From Chrysomallon squamiferum (Eukaryota; Animalia; Mollusca), in the NCBI GenBank assembly GCA_012295275.1, contig CM022674.1, positions 16,616,001 to 16,680,000 of the forward strand: DNA of 64,000 nt, written 5' to 3'. How positions within the stretch are numbered: position 1 is the stretch's first letter; each line of letters opens with the position of its first letter. Of this stretch, positions 1-13,878 are shown piece by piece. The translations under genes and the position numbers were made by a program. The notes below the pieces were generated by a model, which was given only the letters and a program-made list of their open reading frames with translations, did not search any database and was not told where the DNA came from.

Positions 1-909
1 CTCTGTGGTGATTCTGACATAACATCCAGCTTGTTTCTAGAAATAAAACATTAACTGTACATTTTTGTAGAACAACTATAACAATTGTATGTCTTCATTT
101 GAATTTGGAGTGATGTTTTCAACTAATATATATATATGTAGAATGAAATAAAATTTAACTAAAATAAAATAAAGTCAAACTGTATTTATTAAAATATTTC
201 TTATTGTTCCTGTACTTTTTATTATCTGGGAATGTGTCTGTTTAAAACAAATTTGAACAAATCAAGTGAGAACCTTTAAGTATGAATCTAATAATTTTAA
301 AAATAAAATATAATATATATATATATTTTTTTATTTTTTTTTTTTTTTTAAATTGATAACAATTACAATCTAAAATCTTTATCTTATTCTTAATTTTTAA
401 ATTTAAACTTTCTAAAATACATGTTCAATTGACTATTTCCTCTTACAGCTATGTTATCACAATTGGTAAATCAATGACAAAGTCTGTATTTACAAATAAA
501 CAATAAAATTATATCTAATAATATTAATATTAAAACATTCTCAGATGAAATTAAGTAATTTATTATTTTAGAGTTTATAAAATCTGGTAGTAAACTGAAT
601 TACCTGTCCATTGTACCCAGCATCTGTTTACAAACATGTTGAGTACATCCAGTGTCTGAGTCTGTACAAATTTCTCTTAACAGTCAGGACTGGAGAAGTG
701 TGTGTTCTTCACTGAACTGTGCACTACACACATGGTCAAGTGGTCATCCTTGGCCTGAAGGAACCTGGCCTTTTTCTGAACAGAAAGAGCTTGTTTATCC
801 TGTAAAGTCATAAATTACATTTATCATTGATAAACCTTAACAATGAAATGAGTTAACTAAAAAATTGTAACATTTATTACTGATAACTCTAATAAATAAA
901 ATTATAGTT

Positions 910-945
<36 letters not shown>

Positions 946-1564
946 ATAAAATTTATCATTGGTAATCTCTGGAAACAAAAACAAATTACTATTTAAATAT
1001 CACCTAAAATATTAGAATAACAAATTATTTAGTCAGAATAAATTGATTTTGCTGAGATTTTTCTGTATTTTATTATTGTTCATAATAACCAACAAAAAGG
1101 AAAATGAATATTTCAAGGTTTTTTTTTTTTTCAGTTTAGTGACAAAACTTTCATTGTGTCAAACATTTTTCTTAAAAAAGATTATTTCCCATAAATATAA
1201 AAAAAAAAAAAAAAAAATCTTTAGGATGGAGGAAAAATAATTTATTTTATTCATGAATAATTTTACTTCTTTCTGTTTTTAAAAACAATAAATTCATTTC
1301 CTTGTATGTATTTTTTTTTCATCTTCAATACAAAAGATGTTTTATGTAAAATTTGTTTAATAATAATTTTGGATGTTTAATGTTATAATAGCTTAATCAT
1401 ATTTGTAATACCAATACAAAAAATGAATTTCAAACCTCTGGTCTGTATAAAACACTTTGCACAGACAACACAGACACAACTGTGACAATTCCAGAACTAC
1501 AGGCCAAGTGAAATGACATGACAAACATCTTGGACAATATGGACTCCAGTGGAAATTCAACCAT
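1..1564 (-). pseudogene. DHX8: DHX8/PRP22 DEAH-box splicing helicase, unprocessed pseudogene fragment (exons 1564-1436, 799-604, 36-<1)
   Basis: AG/GT-bounded exons translate to MVEFPLESILSKMFVMSFHLACSSGIVTVVSVLSVQSVLYRPE | DKQALSVQKKARFLQAKDDHLTMCVVHSSVKNTHFSSPDC*EKFVQTQTL-(frameshift)-CTQHVCKQMLGTMDR | NKLDVMS. This follows the DHX8 C-terminal region as I recall it ([55 protein letters not shown]). In-frame TAA at 677-679; exon 2 is 196 nt where 197 is expected. Confidence 0.88.
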
Positions 1565-2586
1565 CTGTAAATACAAAATAAATATATAACAAATATACAT
1601 GATTAATAGTTGTAAAAGATTTTACAACAACAACAACAACAACAATAATAAGAACAATAACAACTGTATTTTACTTCAAAATATCAGCATGATAAATATA
1701 TATAAAACAATGTTTTTCACACACAACAAAATTTTAAATAAATTTTTAAATATACCTATCCACTTCATAACAGCTAGTATATTAAAAATGTGTATATACA
1801 TATATAGTTTTAAATATTACTTTGCGAAAAATATATATATAGGCCTATATTGTATAATATACACTACAGTTATACTGTATACTCTGTAATACACTTAAAC
1901 ACTAATACAGGGCAGCGGGCTTGAAATGGCCAAAGATCCGTTTGGGCGACTTGACCTGTTTATCTATAAGTTATAATTCAAGAGCCACTATTAATTACTT
2001 TATCTCAAATATTTATTTCACATAAAAAGGTTTGCTCGTAGTTCGATAAATTGGACGTACTGGCTTATCTTATTTTGCCAATATTTTTTTTATAAACACT
2101 AACTGTGAACGCCGGATATGCATGTGGTTAACTGTAGTCTTGATAAACAAAACCACGAGTCTCGCTGATTCAGTAGCGTTAAAACTGGTCGTGACCATTC
2201 GGATCATTCCGAACCTTCCCGAATGCCGTCTTAGCTTCTGTCGTCTGCGACAGTAGACAGAAAAACCACACCATAATCTCAAACCACGAGTAATTTCAAC
2301 AAATTTTGTAATCAAGAGATAAACACATTAATAACTTGTTAAATACTAAAAACCAGCAGGTTCACGAGTGAACTGTTTTTACTTTAAATAGTTATAAAGT
2401 TAAATTTTGTTATTTTAAATATAGTAAATAAATAAGCAATAATAGGGCTGTTTCAATAGTTATTAGATTGAAAAGAAAAGTGATTTGTTGTATTTACTTT
2501 CTATTATATATGTTTTTCATAAATATTTGCTTTCTTTCTTTTCATTTTTTTTTTTTTTTTTTTTATTTATTTATTTATTTTTTATT

Positions 2587-2634
<48 letters not shown>

Positions 2635-3902
2635 CAAATTTGTAATACTGTTTAACTGTTATTCCTGGATAATATATCTCAGTTCAGAAATATATTGTTT
2701 CTGGAGTTTATTAATTTCAAAATCAATGTTAATAAAATTTTATTTTGAAAATGAATGATAGTTTTGATCTACTGGATGAAGTATTGGATCCTTAGATAAA
2801 GTTTATTTCATGTTACGATATTATTTTTAGATAAATCTTTTGCTTTTTGTCAGTTCTCAAGTATTACTCTACAAATCAATGACTGTACATTTTGCAGTCA
2901 ACTGAAATGTGTTCTAACTGTAAAAGCTGCAGTGGACTGAATTCTGATATTTTCTTTCTTATGATTGAGATTTTTAATGGATCTTTGAAAAATTCATTTT
3001 ATCTCATTGACGATCACAAAGTTAACAATCATACAAATTAAATAATCTACTATAGTCTTATATAATCACAAAACACACTATTCTAGATTCATAAACAGAC
3101 ATTTACAAAATTCATTTATGATATTTACTAACCTTTGTATTCTTTTTCTTAACACTGTATCCTAATAATTAAAATATTTAGGATTACAACTAAAAAGTAA
3201 TACTCTAAAAAAAAAAAAAAAAAAAAAAAAAAAGTACCTGAAATGAAAAAAAAAAAAACACCATTAATATTACAGGTTTACATAAATACCTTAAAGGTTA
3301 ACTGCTTAAACTGAATAATAAAGTTTAACAAAGTAGGTAACCAAATACATTGAACTCTTCACATGAGAGACAACACATTTCCTGAGAATTCACTTCATTT
3401 GTTATCACAGTCAGTATATGTCATCCAGTCACAGATACATATTTATTGTGTAGTTCACAGAATATGAGAGGAAAAAAAAATCAAACACACCAAAAAACAC
3501 TGGCCCCTACATGACACTCATATAATAGCATATAAAAACATAATGTTACATATAAATAATACAGCGATATAAATTAACAGTCTTTACTAAAACTGATGGT
3601 TTTGCAAGTATATAAACATCCATTCCACCCTCGAAAACAAGCACGTTCTACAACCCTCAGCCCGACACACACTTACATTCACATACACAAACATCACTAC
3701 ACGTATCACACAACACTAATTAACTGAATATGTTTGTTACATGTTATATCTCATCATGGAAATAAAACATTTACCAGAGCCTCGGAAAGACGGCCCTAAG
3801 AAATGAAATTTTTGTTTGCGCTTTTTAGCCACATTCTTGTTCAACGTTTGACGCTTCTTTTAACGTTGTTTACTGCAAGAAGGACAACAACAAATGTTAT
3901 GA

Positions 3903-3969
<67 letters not shown>

Positions 3970-4229
3970 TAATAATAATAATAATTTAAAATAACTGAAA
4001 AAAAAAAAAAACAGATAGGGGAGCAAGAAAGAAACAAAATGATAAATAAAATAAATAAATAAAATGAAGGTTTCTATCCGGATACAGCCTTGTATTTGCT
4101 TGCACAAGGAAATAAAAGGTTTTATTTATTTATTTATTTTATTTTATTTTATTTTGTTTCGATTTTGTGTCAGGTAAATTCTTACTTTGAAAATATTATG
4201 AACCTTTAACACCAAGCCTCCCAAACTTT

Positions 4230-4370
4230 AAATGGCGCGAAAAAGGGAAATTTAAATGTAAAAAAAAATTACCACGTGTGTTTCGTCTGATCGCTGATTG
4301 GTTGATGCTGAAGTAATATAACTGACATCTGCAATTCTCGCGGAAAAAATAACTGAGCTGGCGGGAAAAA
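4230..4370. promoter_or_regulatory. E2F/NF-Y-type promoter motif cluster
   Basis: TGGCGCGAAA (4233-4242), CACGTG (4273-4278), GATTGG (reverse CCAAT, 4296-4301), TCGCGGAAA (~4338) and TGGCGGGAAA (4359-4368) within 140 bp of otherwise CpG-poor DNA. Confidence 0.5.
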
Positions 4371-4659
4371 ATGTCTCTCCTGTTGATTTTCTTCATTTTA
4401 CAAAAAGAAAAACAAAAATTGTAATTCCACGGTACAGAAAAAAAAAAAAAAAAAATAATAATTAAAACAAACAAATAGAAAAAAGAAACGCTATTAGATG
4501 AATCTATTGCTCATTATTAATAACGAAATGTACAAAAGCAAAACGAAACAATAAAAATAACGATTGAGACAATAATGATAAATAGAATAAAAGAAAAATA
4601 GAAAAAGTAATACCACGATCAAAATAACAATATAATAACAACAACAACAACAGCATAAA

Positions 4660-4694
<35 letters not shown>

Positions 4695-4811
4695 ATAATA
4701 ATAATAAATAATAATAATAATAAATGCTCATTGAAAAATCAGTGTAGGTTAAAATCCCCCAGCAGCCAATATTCCACATATAAAATTTCTGTACCCGTCC
4801 TCTCGCTCTCT

Positions 4812-4882
<71 letters not shown>

Positions 4883-4956
4883 TCACATACAAATACGTCT
4901 CCTGTTTCACCATTGAACGCACACCCATAATCTCTCACATGCACACATACAAACAT

Positions 4957-5010
4957 GTCCCGGTGACCGAACGGTAACATCCTCCGCCTTCGGAGGCGGG
5001 CGAATGGGTG
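4957..5010 (+). mobile_element. Truncated tRNA-derived SINE head
   Basis: GTCCCGGTGACCGAACGGTAACATCCTCCGCCTTCGGAG is near-identical to the SINE head at 15236-15170 (-). A-box-like TGACCGAACGG is present; the B box is lost. Confidence 0.55.
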
Positions 5011-5039
5011 CCATACGTTCTAGTGAAATACACACATAC

Positions 5040-5622
5040 ACCTATAAGCATAGACCTATAAACACACATACAAACAGATGTGTGTCACACACTTGCTCAG
5101 TTACACACTCACTCATGCTTTAACGTTCGCATACATTTCAAATAAAGGTGAATAGTATATACACTGTGTAACTTTAAGAAAGGGAGATAAGTAAGGAACC
5201 AACTAAGAAAAAAATACGAGTAATTATATTTTGCAACGATTTTGTTTTGTTTTAACAGTAACACGCTCGCACACAATGAAACACCGACACACAAAAAAAC
5301 ACACACACACAAACACACAAACACACACAAACACACACACACACACATACAAATACACACACACAACACACACACAAGTACAAAGACATACGAGTGACAT
5401 ACGCAAATGCGTGCGCCTTTCCTCTTCTTATAATTTATTTCTTGATCAGAAGCGTTTCTGTAAAAAAACATGCTTGTCCAAGAAGGTTATTTTAATTTAA
5501 ATCTGATAATATATTAACAAAAGTGATAGGTTTACTTACACATTACCCTCAGTCACTGCTTTATAATTCTGTAAAGTGTAAAATAGATTAAAAGTAAATT
5601 CTTTTTAATAAAAAGGACAGCA

Positions 5623-5672
<50 letters not shown>

Positions 5673-6088
5673 TAAAATAATAATAATAATAATAATAAAA
5701 TTATAAAAATAATACATTTCAAAATACTATTTCAATTCAATAACATTATGATCTTGAAGGGTCACCAACATGTATGTAACTATCAGTTTATCAAAATACT
5801 TAATGTGCTACTACTAGAAACACTCTCACTACAAGTTTATCAACATACTAGAAACACTCTCACTACAAGTTTATCAACTTACTTAGTTTGAACTACTAGA
5901 CACATTGACAACTACAAGTGTATCAACTTACTTGTGGGTGTTTTTGTATGCATGCTTTTATGTATGTACGTATGTACTACGTATGTATGTATGCTTTAGA
6001 AAGAGATATGTGTGATTAGATGTGTGTGTATCTATCTCTCTTCTCTCTCTCTCCGTACACACACACATAGACACAAACACATCCACAC

Positions 6089-6152
<64 letters not shown>

Positions 6153-6560
6153 TAGATCACATACAAACATACATACATAGATACAGAGATAGGTAGACAG
6201 ATATTGATATATAATGTGTGTATGTGTGTGTGTGTATGTGCATGTATGAGTGTGTGTGTTTATGAAAGACATTTAGATATGTGTGTGAGCGTATATATAT
6301 GTTTAAGAAAGTTTAAATACATGTATTTATGTGCTTTAATGTGTATTGATATGTGTGGTTGTGTGAGACAGACAATGTGTATTGATATGTGTGTGTGTGT
6401 GTGGTCATTTGGGGGTGGGGGATCTGTGTGTATGTGTATGTGTCCAGTTGACTTTCCAATTGTAGAGACTTTTCTGACCAAGTGGACCCTGATTCATTTG
6501 GGACCAGTCATAGGTGCCGTTTTAGACACAGTGCCGACACACACACAAATTGAATTAATT
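5040..6560 (+). repeat. ~1.5 kb dispersed repeat, copy 1 (copy 2 at ~25280-26900)
   Basis: Colinear shared blocks, e.g. CTCATGCTTTAAC..GGGAGATAAGTAAGG, TTTTGCAACGATTTTGTTTTG and GTTTTAGACACAGTGCCG, plus an internal short tandem sub-repeat (CTAGAAACAC..CACTACAAGTTTATCAAC). Confidence 0.85.
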
Positions 6561-6785
6561 GTTGTCATTGTTTATGAAATGACCTTTATGAAATGTACTT
6601 TTTATTCTGAATTTACACCAGATATCCAAACCACAGAAAAGTAAAGAGCTCCGGATTTTTCAAAGTCTTGTTAAAAATATATTAGAGTTAGCCTGAAATT
6701 TCAAAATCTTCATAACTCAACAGTTATATAAGTATATTCCAAATAAAATTTTGATCATTTATTTTGCACAGGTTTTTTTCTAATT

Positions 6786-7035
<250 letters not shown>

Positions 7036-7549
7036 AGACTACACACATCAAGTACAGATATAGGATCTGCTCTGGAATCCTGTCTCACAACATCTTTATG
7101 TATTACACGCTGTATGCAGAAAAGAAAAATATTACAGAAACTAAATAATAAAACTTGATTTTTATGTCTATATAATTTTTCTGTTTATATTCTAAACACA
7201 AATTAAATCCAAAAATAAACGATGTAAGAATTCATGATACAAAAACAAATTTATTTGCATTTTCTTTATATACATCTTATACATAAACAAACAAACAGTA
7301 AATTTGAATCATAATCTAATTTATTTACATATTTAATATAAATCTGAATAAAAGAAAATTCATAAATAAATCAAATAACAGTTCTTGTATTTCATGTCCA
7401 ACAGTCAGTAAGTACATATATAATTTATTTATTTTTTTTATTTTATACACATTTTAAACCGAAATAAAAAAAGTACAAATGAAGCAAGAAATAGTTAAAA
7501 ATATTAAGTTTTATATACAAACTAAAAACATTAGATATATAAACAAAAA

Positions 7550-7584
<35 letters not shown>

Positions 7585-7827
7585 AATAAAGCAATGAGAT
7601 GTTAATATACATTTTTCACACGTATCTGTTTGACACAAAACAATCCATTATAAAAATTTCAAATCAAATCAAGTGTCTATGACGTCATCACTGCTGTCTG
7701 ACGTCATCACGTCATCAGAAAAACAAAAAATAAATCAATAAATAAATAAATAAATAAATAAATAAAAAAAATAAAAATATTAGGCCAGTGATGACTAAAA
7801 GTGACAGTGTTTGAACGATGTTGTTTT

Positions 7828-9066
7828 TTACACTAAAAATAACAAAGCAGGTATTTGTCCTATGTACACACTTGTAAAACAAGTTTTCTGTGACTGTGTT
7901 TAGATTTGTGTGAGTCAGAAAATCTACAAACAAAAGAGTCTACAACAATTTCTGATTTACCTTCAACTCCACACAATGAGTTGTCTCCCTTAACATTAAC
8001 AAACAAGCTGTACTCAGTGTCTTTAGTAATCTTCACTGGACGTCTGAACACGACGTCATACACGTCAGACACGACGTGTTCATATCTCTGTGTCAGCGTA
8101 GACCCGTCCAGTATCTCGTCTCTTCTTGTGTCAGTGACGAAGGCGCCGACGTCGTAGTTTCGTGGTTGACGGTGACCGTACAACTGAAATCCGCGAAGTA
8201 AAGCGTTTTTGTTGACAGAGAAAGTAATGGATTCATCTTCTTGACCAGAACATATCCAGTTACCAGACCATGTTTCACCAAACCTGTTTATTGTAATCTG
8301 TGTTTTCATCATTGCAGTTCTCTTGTTTGAGTTAAAAGGTGAAACATCTTCATCACTCTTCACCCAGTTTTTCAAAATCTTGAATCCTTCTGTGTCACTG
8401 AGTATGTTAGTGGGTGTCACGTGTTCTACAAAATACGTCTGATCGAGTAATGGATAACGCACGTGCTTCACGGCCTCTCCCAGTGCCTCGCGCATGTTCT
8501 GTCCATTCGTCTGTCTTCCTTGCTTCTTACACGCGCTGTCAGCCCACTTCACAGCGGCTTCGAAAACATTTTTCTCGTCTGCTGTCAGTTCGTCTGATCG
8601 TACGATCTCAACCAGACATTCGTGACAAAGATCGGTGACTTCATCCGACTTCAGAACTTCGTCGCCATTTTCCAAAATGAAGTCCAGAGTTTTTTTTCTT
8701 AGATCATGTTCATCAAACAGGTGAGCTTGTTCCAGCACGACGCACGCATTCTGTGACGACAACGACGACTCCAAATAGCGCACGCACTGATCTTCCAGTG
8801 TCGTGACGATGTACTTCCTCGATAGATACAGCAGACCGGTGACGTTGTGGCCTGTTAGGACGACGTCATCCGTATAAAGATATCTGTGTAAAAGAATGTA
8901 TAGTAAGACTTCAAAACGAGAGATAATTATGGGAGATTAATTAATTAGAAAATAATTAGATTACTAACAAAAACTGTATTGTTATCAACGTTCGTGTCGG
9001 TTTGTATGTTTCGTTACTCACTATGTTCGTACCTGTGTCGCTGTGTGTTTCTGTGTTTTCTGTGTG

Positions 9067-9107
<41 letters not shown>

Positions 9108-9373
9108 TTAACATACTTTAAAAACTCTGTGAAAATATCTGCCTGCACATCAGGCAACAGGATGCTGTTTTGTTCGCGAAGTTCTCCCATCAGCATCCTG
9201 TGGAAGACTTCGCTTCGTATCATAAGGATGAAGCGATGTGCATCCACAGTTTTTTCTTCTTCCCCAACAACAAATCTGACGTCGCTGTCTGTTCTCGTAC
9301 GAAAAACGTGTTCAATACATTCCGTCAGTTTTTTCCCAGTCTGCCAACTTGAAACTTCTGCTGCGGTGGCCAT
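7828..9373 (-). CDS. BTB/POZ-BACK-PHR domain protein (BTBD1/2/3/6-like); coding exons 9373-9117 and 8883-7860 (canonical end 7828); C-terminal frameshift
   Basis: Exon 1 MATAAEVSSWQ..SDVRFVVG..AHRFILMIRSEVFHRML..LPDVQADIFTEFLK (BTB); phase-2 intron GTATGT...ACAG; exon 2 YLYTDDVVLTGHNVTGLLYLSRKYIV..C (BTB end), BACK (EKNVFEAAVKWA..VRYPLL) and PHR (ITFSVNKNALLRGFQLYG..). The terminal TSVYIGQIPALLFLV* is in a different frame. Confidence 0.9.
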
Positions 9374-9389
9374 GTTTTCACTATAAACA

Positions 9390-9496
<107 letters not shown>

Positions 9497-9594
9497 GAAT
9501 GAAAAAAAAAAAATTGTTCGGACACAGACTGTAACAATTGTTAGGGCTAATAAAAAAAATAAAATAAAATTAATTAATAATAATAATAATAATA

Positions 9595-9644
<50 letters not shown>

Positions 9645-9769
9645 GATGATGAAAGAAAAAATAAATTGTTCGGACACAGAACTGTAACAATTCTAATAAT
9701 AATAATAATAAAAAAAAATTTAATTAATAATAATAATAATAATAATAATGAATGATGATGATGATGATG

Positions 9770-9813
<44 letters not shown>

Positions 9814-11134
9814 CTCATACTAAATATAATTTTAACATGTTTCTGTGTACAGGTCAGAGTTCTGTTGCAGCGCCTCGCACTGCAGTGACCAGGTTTCTAT
9901 ATTTATATCTAGCTATGACCTGTACACGGAAATCTTTCAAACAAACAGTTTTATGTAAAGAAATAATTAACCTAAGATAATTTCTAAGAAGGGACTACTT
10001 TCTGTTTAAAGCCTGTACTGTTCAATACTGCGATCAGAGATCTAAAAATAAACAAATAAATAAAAAATAATGAAAGAAAGAAAGAAAAAAAATCAGATAA
10101 ATATATACCGAATCGATAAAAGATAAAAAGAAGTACGTTATGCTTACACTAGTGATTATCATGATAACGACAACAACAATAATTATTATTATAATTGTTA
10201 TTATTATACACAGACATGTCTGGTCACAGTCAGGTAAAAAATATTTCACTGCGGCACAAACGATTTTCAAATCGCAATGTACATATAGTGATTTATACAC
10301 CATTTTACTCCTCGAAAAGACAACATAATTAACCGACAATAACAAATCTAAAAAGAAACACTATATAAGAAAAGAGAATAATAAGTAAGAAAAATAAAGG
10401 AACAAGATGTGATGTTTTTAAAATAGAAAACAATACAAAATACCTTGTAATTTCAACTTCCTGATCGACGATTTCTTATGAGATTATTTTCTCTCTATCG
10501 ACTCAACTGTAAATCGCAGATATCACCGATCTAAGAATAAATGAAATAAAATAAAAATAAAAAAATAAAATATATAGTAAAAGACGTCAATTAAAAAAAA
10601 ATAATAATAATAAGGGCAACAGTAGGGTAGTAGTAGAAGTAGTAGTAGTAGAAGTAGTAGTAGTAGTAATAGTAGTAGTAGTAGTAGTAATATCATACTA
10701 AAGACTTTAGTAAAGTCATGTTATACGTAATCTTTCATTTAAGTTTAAAAAAAACTCACACTTAAATAATCTATTTGTTAAAGAACTAACTCTGATATAT
10801 TTAGTAATAAATTAAGAACACCGGAATCGTTCAAACATAATAAAATATAAAATATCATAAACTTTCAATATGGCCGACTAGTTTCACTTCTGCTTTGTAA
10901 ACTTTTAGTTATCAAACCCTCCAGTGATAAACACGCGACTGACGTCAAATATCTTAGACGTCACAAAGTGTCATTTTGTTAGGTTTCAGTCTCAGATTAA
11001 AATAAACAAATCGTTTTACGTGATATTTGTATACTCATCTTACATACATCTTCTTTACAACAGATAACTTTAATTCTAACTCAGTAGATTAAGTACTACT
11101 AGACTGCATGGTTTATACCTCAGTTATAAAGGTA

Positions 11135-11178
<44 letters not shown>

Positions 11179-11339
11179 CAACAACAACAACAACAACAAT
11201 AACAATAGCAGCAGCAGCAACAACATCAACAGCAACAATAATAAGAAATATGTTTTATTTCTCTGACGAAGCTTGCATGACCAGTATGTGAATGTTATCT
11301 AACACTGACTGTTTGCTTGTTATGTTGGTCATATAAAAG

Positions 11340-11500
11340 TACCGTGTCACTGCTACACGAGCACACAAAGGTATACTCGGGTGTTATTTACAGCGATCTG
11401 ACAAATTCATTGTTAATACACTATCTGTCCATAAGAGTAGAAATAAACCGCGAAAATATGAAATTATTTACATTTGTCAGCATTGTGAGAAGATACATAA
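11340..11500 (+). repeat. Dispersed repeat shared with ~39520-39680
   Basis: GTCACTGCTACACGAG..ATTTACAGCGATCTGACAAATTCA..GTAGAAATAAA..AAAATATGAA is colinear with GTCACTGCTGCACGAG..ATTTACGACGATTTGAAAAATTCA..GTAGAAATAAA..AAAATATGAA. Confidence 0.75.
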
Positions 11501-11889
11501 TTTCAATAAAGACCAACAAACTCATAAATAGAAAATAAAAAAAATATAAAATTATATGAGATTATATTATCTTCCATACACCAGATGGTAAGAAACATTT
11601 CATAGTCGGGTCTAGCACATATGTTTTCATGTTTAAAAAGCCTCAAGCTATAACGCTGTTTGTTACATGTATATCCATAGCAGCAATAATGTTTATTCTT
11701 TCTTTTCTTTTTTTTTTTTTTTTTTTTTTTTTTCGATTTTAGATGAGATGAAAACAAATGCAATAACATTTTATACACTGGTTAGAATGGGTGATAGACC
11801 AAAACGAATGTTAGACAACAAGGAAGGAACGAATGAAGAAAGGAAGAAAGAAAGACTGAACGACACAAATGCAAAGAAATAAATAAGAA

Positions 11890-11989
<100 letters not shown>

Positions 11990-12326
11990 TAAAATAAAAT
12001 AAAATAAGAACAATATAAAATACTTTGAAGTTTCAAAATAGATACCTTACCTGATAAATAGAAATCTTCCTGATCGATAATTTCTTAGAAACGAGTAATT
12101 TCCGTTTAACAACTCTGCTATTGATCACTGATATCAGGGATCTATAGATAAATCTATAAATAAATGAAATGAAATAAAGTAATATAAAGTAATCAGATCG
12201 ATAAAAATATAGCATAAGTAATAAATGAATCACTGAATTATATTTAGGTGATACTATTATTACTACTATTACTATTGCTGTTATTATTAATGAATGGAAT
12301 AATAATGATTATTATACTGACGATAG

Positions 12327-12384
<58 letters not shown>

Positions 12385-13454
12385 ATTTTATCGACATTTC
12401 TTATAAATCTGTATGCTAGGTACGAAAAACAAAAGCCTTTAACAAAATTCACACCAAAAGTTATAGCCCTCACAAAATAGATAACAATTTCAATATGTCT
12501 GATTTGTTTTAAGCAAAGCAATAGTACAGCATATATCAAAATGACAATAAAATATAAAATACCTTCAAATTTCAAAATGGCCGACTACTTCTGTATAATA
12601 CGTCTTGTTTGTGAGTGGTTTTCCTAGAACTGACGCCTTTCTGTTTGACAAGATCACTGAACACTTTTTGTGTTTTGCTCTTTACAAAGTCGCCTGTTGC
12701 TAATCACGTGACAGAAATTAGATATTGTACAAGTCACGCCACGTATGGCGGTAGATACATACAAATGTTTTATTGTATACAATTTGAGTAAACCTGTTAA
12801 ATAAATTTAAAAAAAAAAAAAAGAAAAAAAAAAAGATAAAATATATATATATATTTTGTCATTACTTATTTTGTCTGTAAGATATTTATATTTATTTCAC
12901 ACACAGTATATTGATGAAAAGGTTATCGTTAACAAGCAGTGTCTCTTATGTAGGTCAGATAGCGTGTCAGTTGTATTGGCGACACGAAACATTATAATAC
13001 GATCGTGAAAAAATGCAATGTAATTGTGAATCTAAATACATGGGACACTCTGATTTATTTGTATGTGTTATGAGTCAGAGCGATCTAAACACAGGTGTGA
13101 CAAATACCACCTTTATTATATTTAGTATAAAAAAAATAGCTTTGTTCAAATACTAACACTTATACTCATCATTGTGGTAATATTGTTTATTTATTCATTT
13201 ATTTATTTATTTATTTACATGTTTTACTTTTTAATTTATATGTTGGTACTTTTATTTATTTATTTATTTTTCTTTTCTTTTTTTTTCTCTTTTATTTGAC
13301 TACAAATAATACATAATATATAATACAAATAAGACAAGCTAATAAAAAAGTAAAAGTAAATTAATGTGTTAAAATACAGAAGTCTCCACAACATTAGTAA
13401 AAACCACGATAATAATAATGATGATGATGATGATAATAATAATAATAATAATAA

Positions 13455-13485
<31 letters not shown>

Positions 13486-13699
13486 AATGTATATGTTTTA
13501 GAGGTATTTGTTCACATAAATAAATTAACATGTTTTAGACATAAAAAATATTTGATCACATAAATAAAAGTATATATTATTGTAAGAAACATACAAAAAC
13601 AAAATAGAAAAATAGATCATAACGAGAACATGCGTATTACATTTTCACTAAACATATTACAAAATTCACATTTAACTGAAACATATTACAAAATTCACA

Positions 13700-13845
13700 T
13701 TTAACTGAATCTTTTTATACGATATAATACCAAATGTTTGTTATTAAGACAAATAATAAATTCTTGTACTGAAAGTATCTAAGCTCAGTGTTTGTAGTTA
13801 GCTTCCCACCATTTGTCACAGAACTCTGTACCAAATTTATGCTTT

Positions 13846-13878
<33 letters not shown>

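Noticed and set aside
2070-2315. 81-aa minus-strand ORF in a CpG-richer patch as a further DHX8 exon
   Set aside because: No resemblance to DHX8 or any family I recognise.
7679-7718. Clustered TGACGTCA (CRE) motifs
   Set aside because: They lie in the 3' region of the BTB gene and look like a short local duplication; no evidence of function.
7906-9386. Plus-strand ORFs overlapping the BTB gene
   Set aside because: Antisense shadows of the real coding exons.
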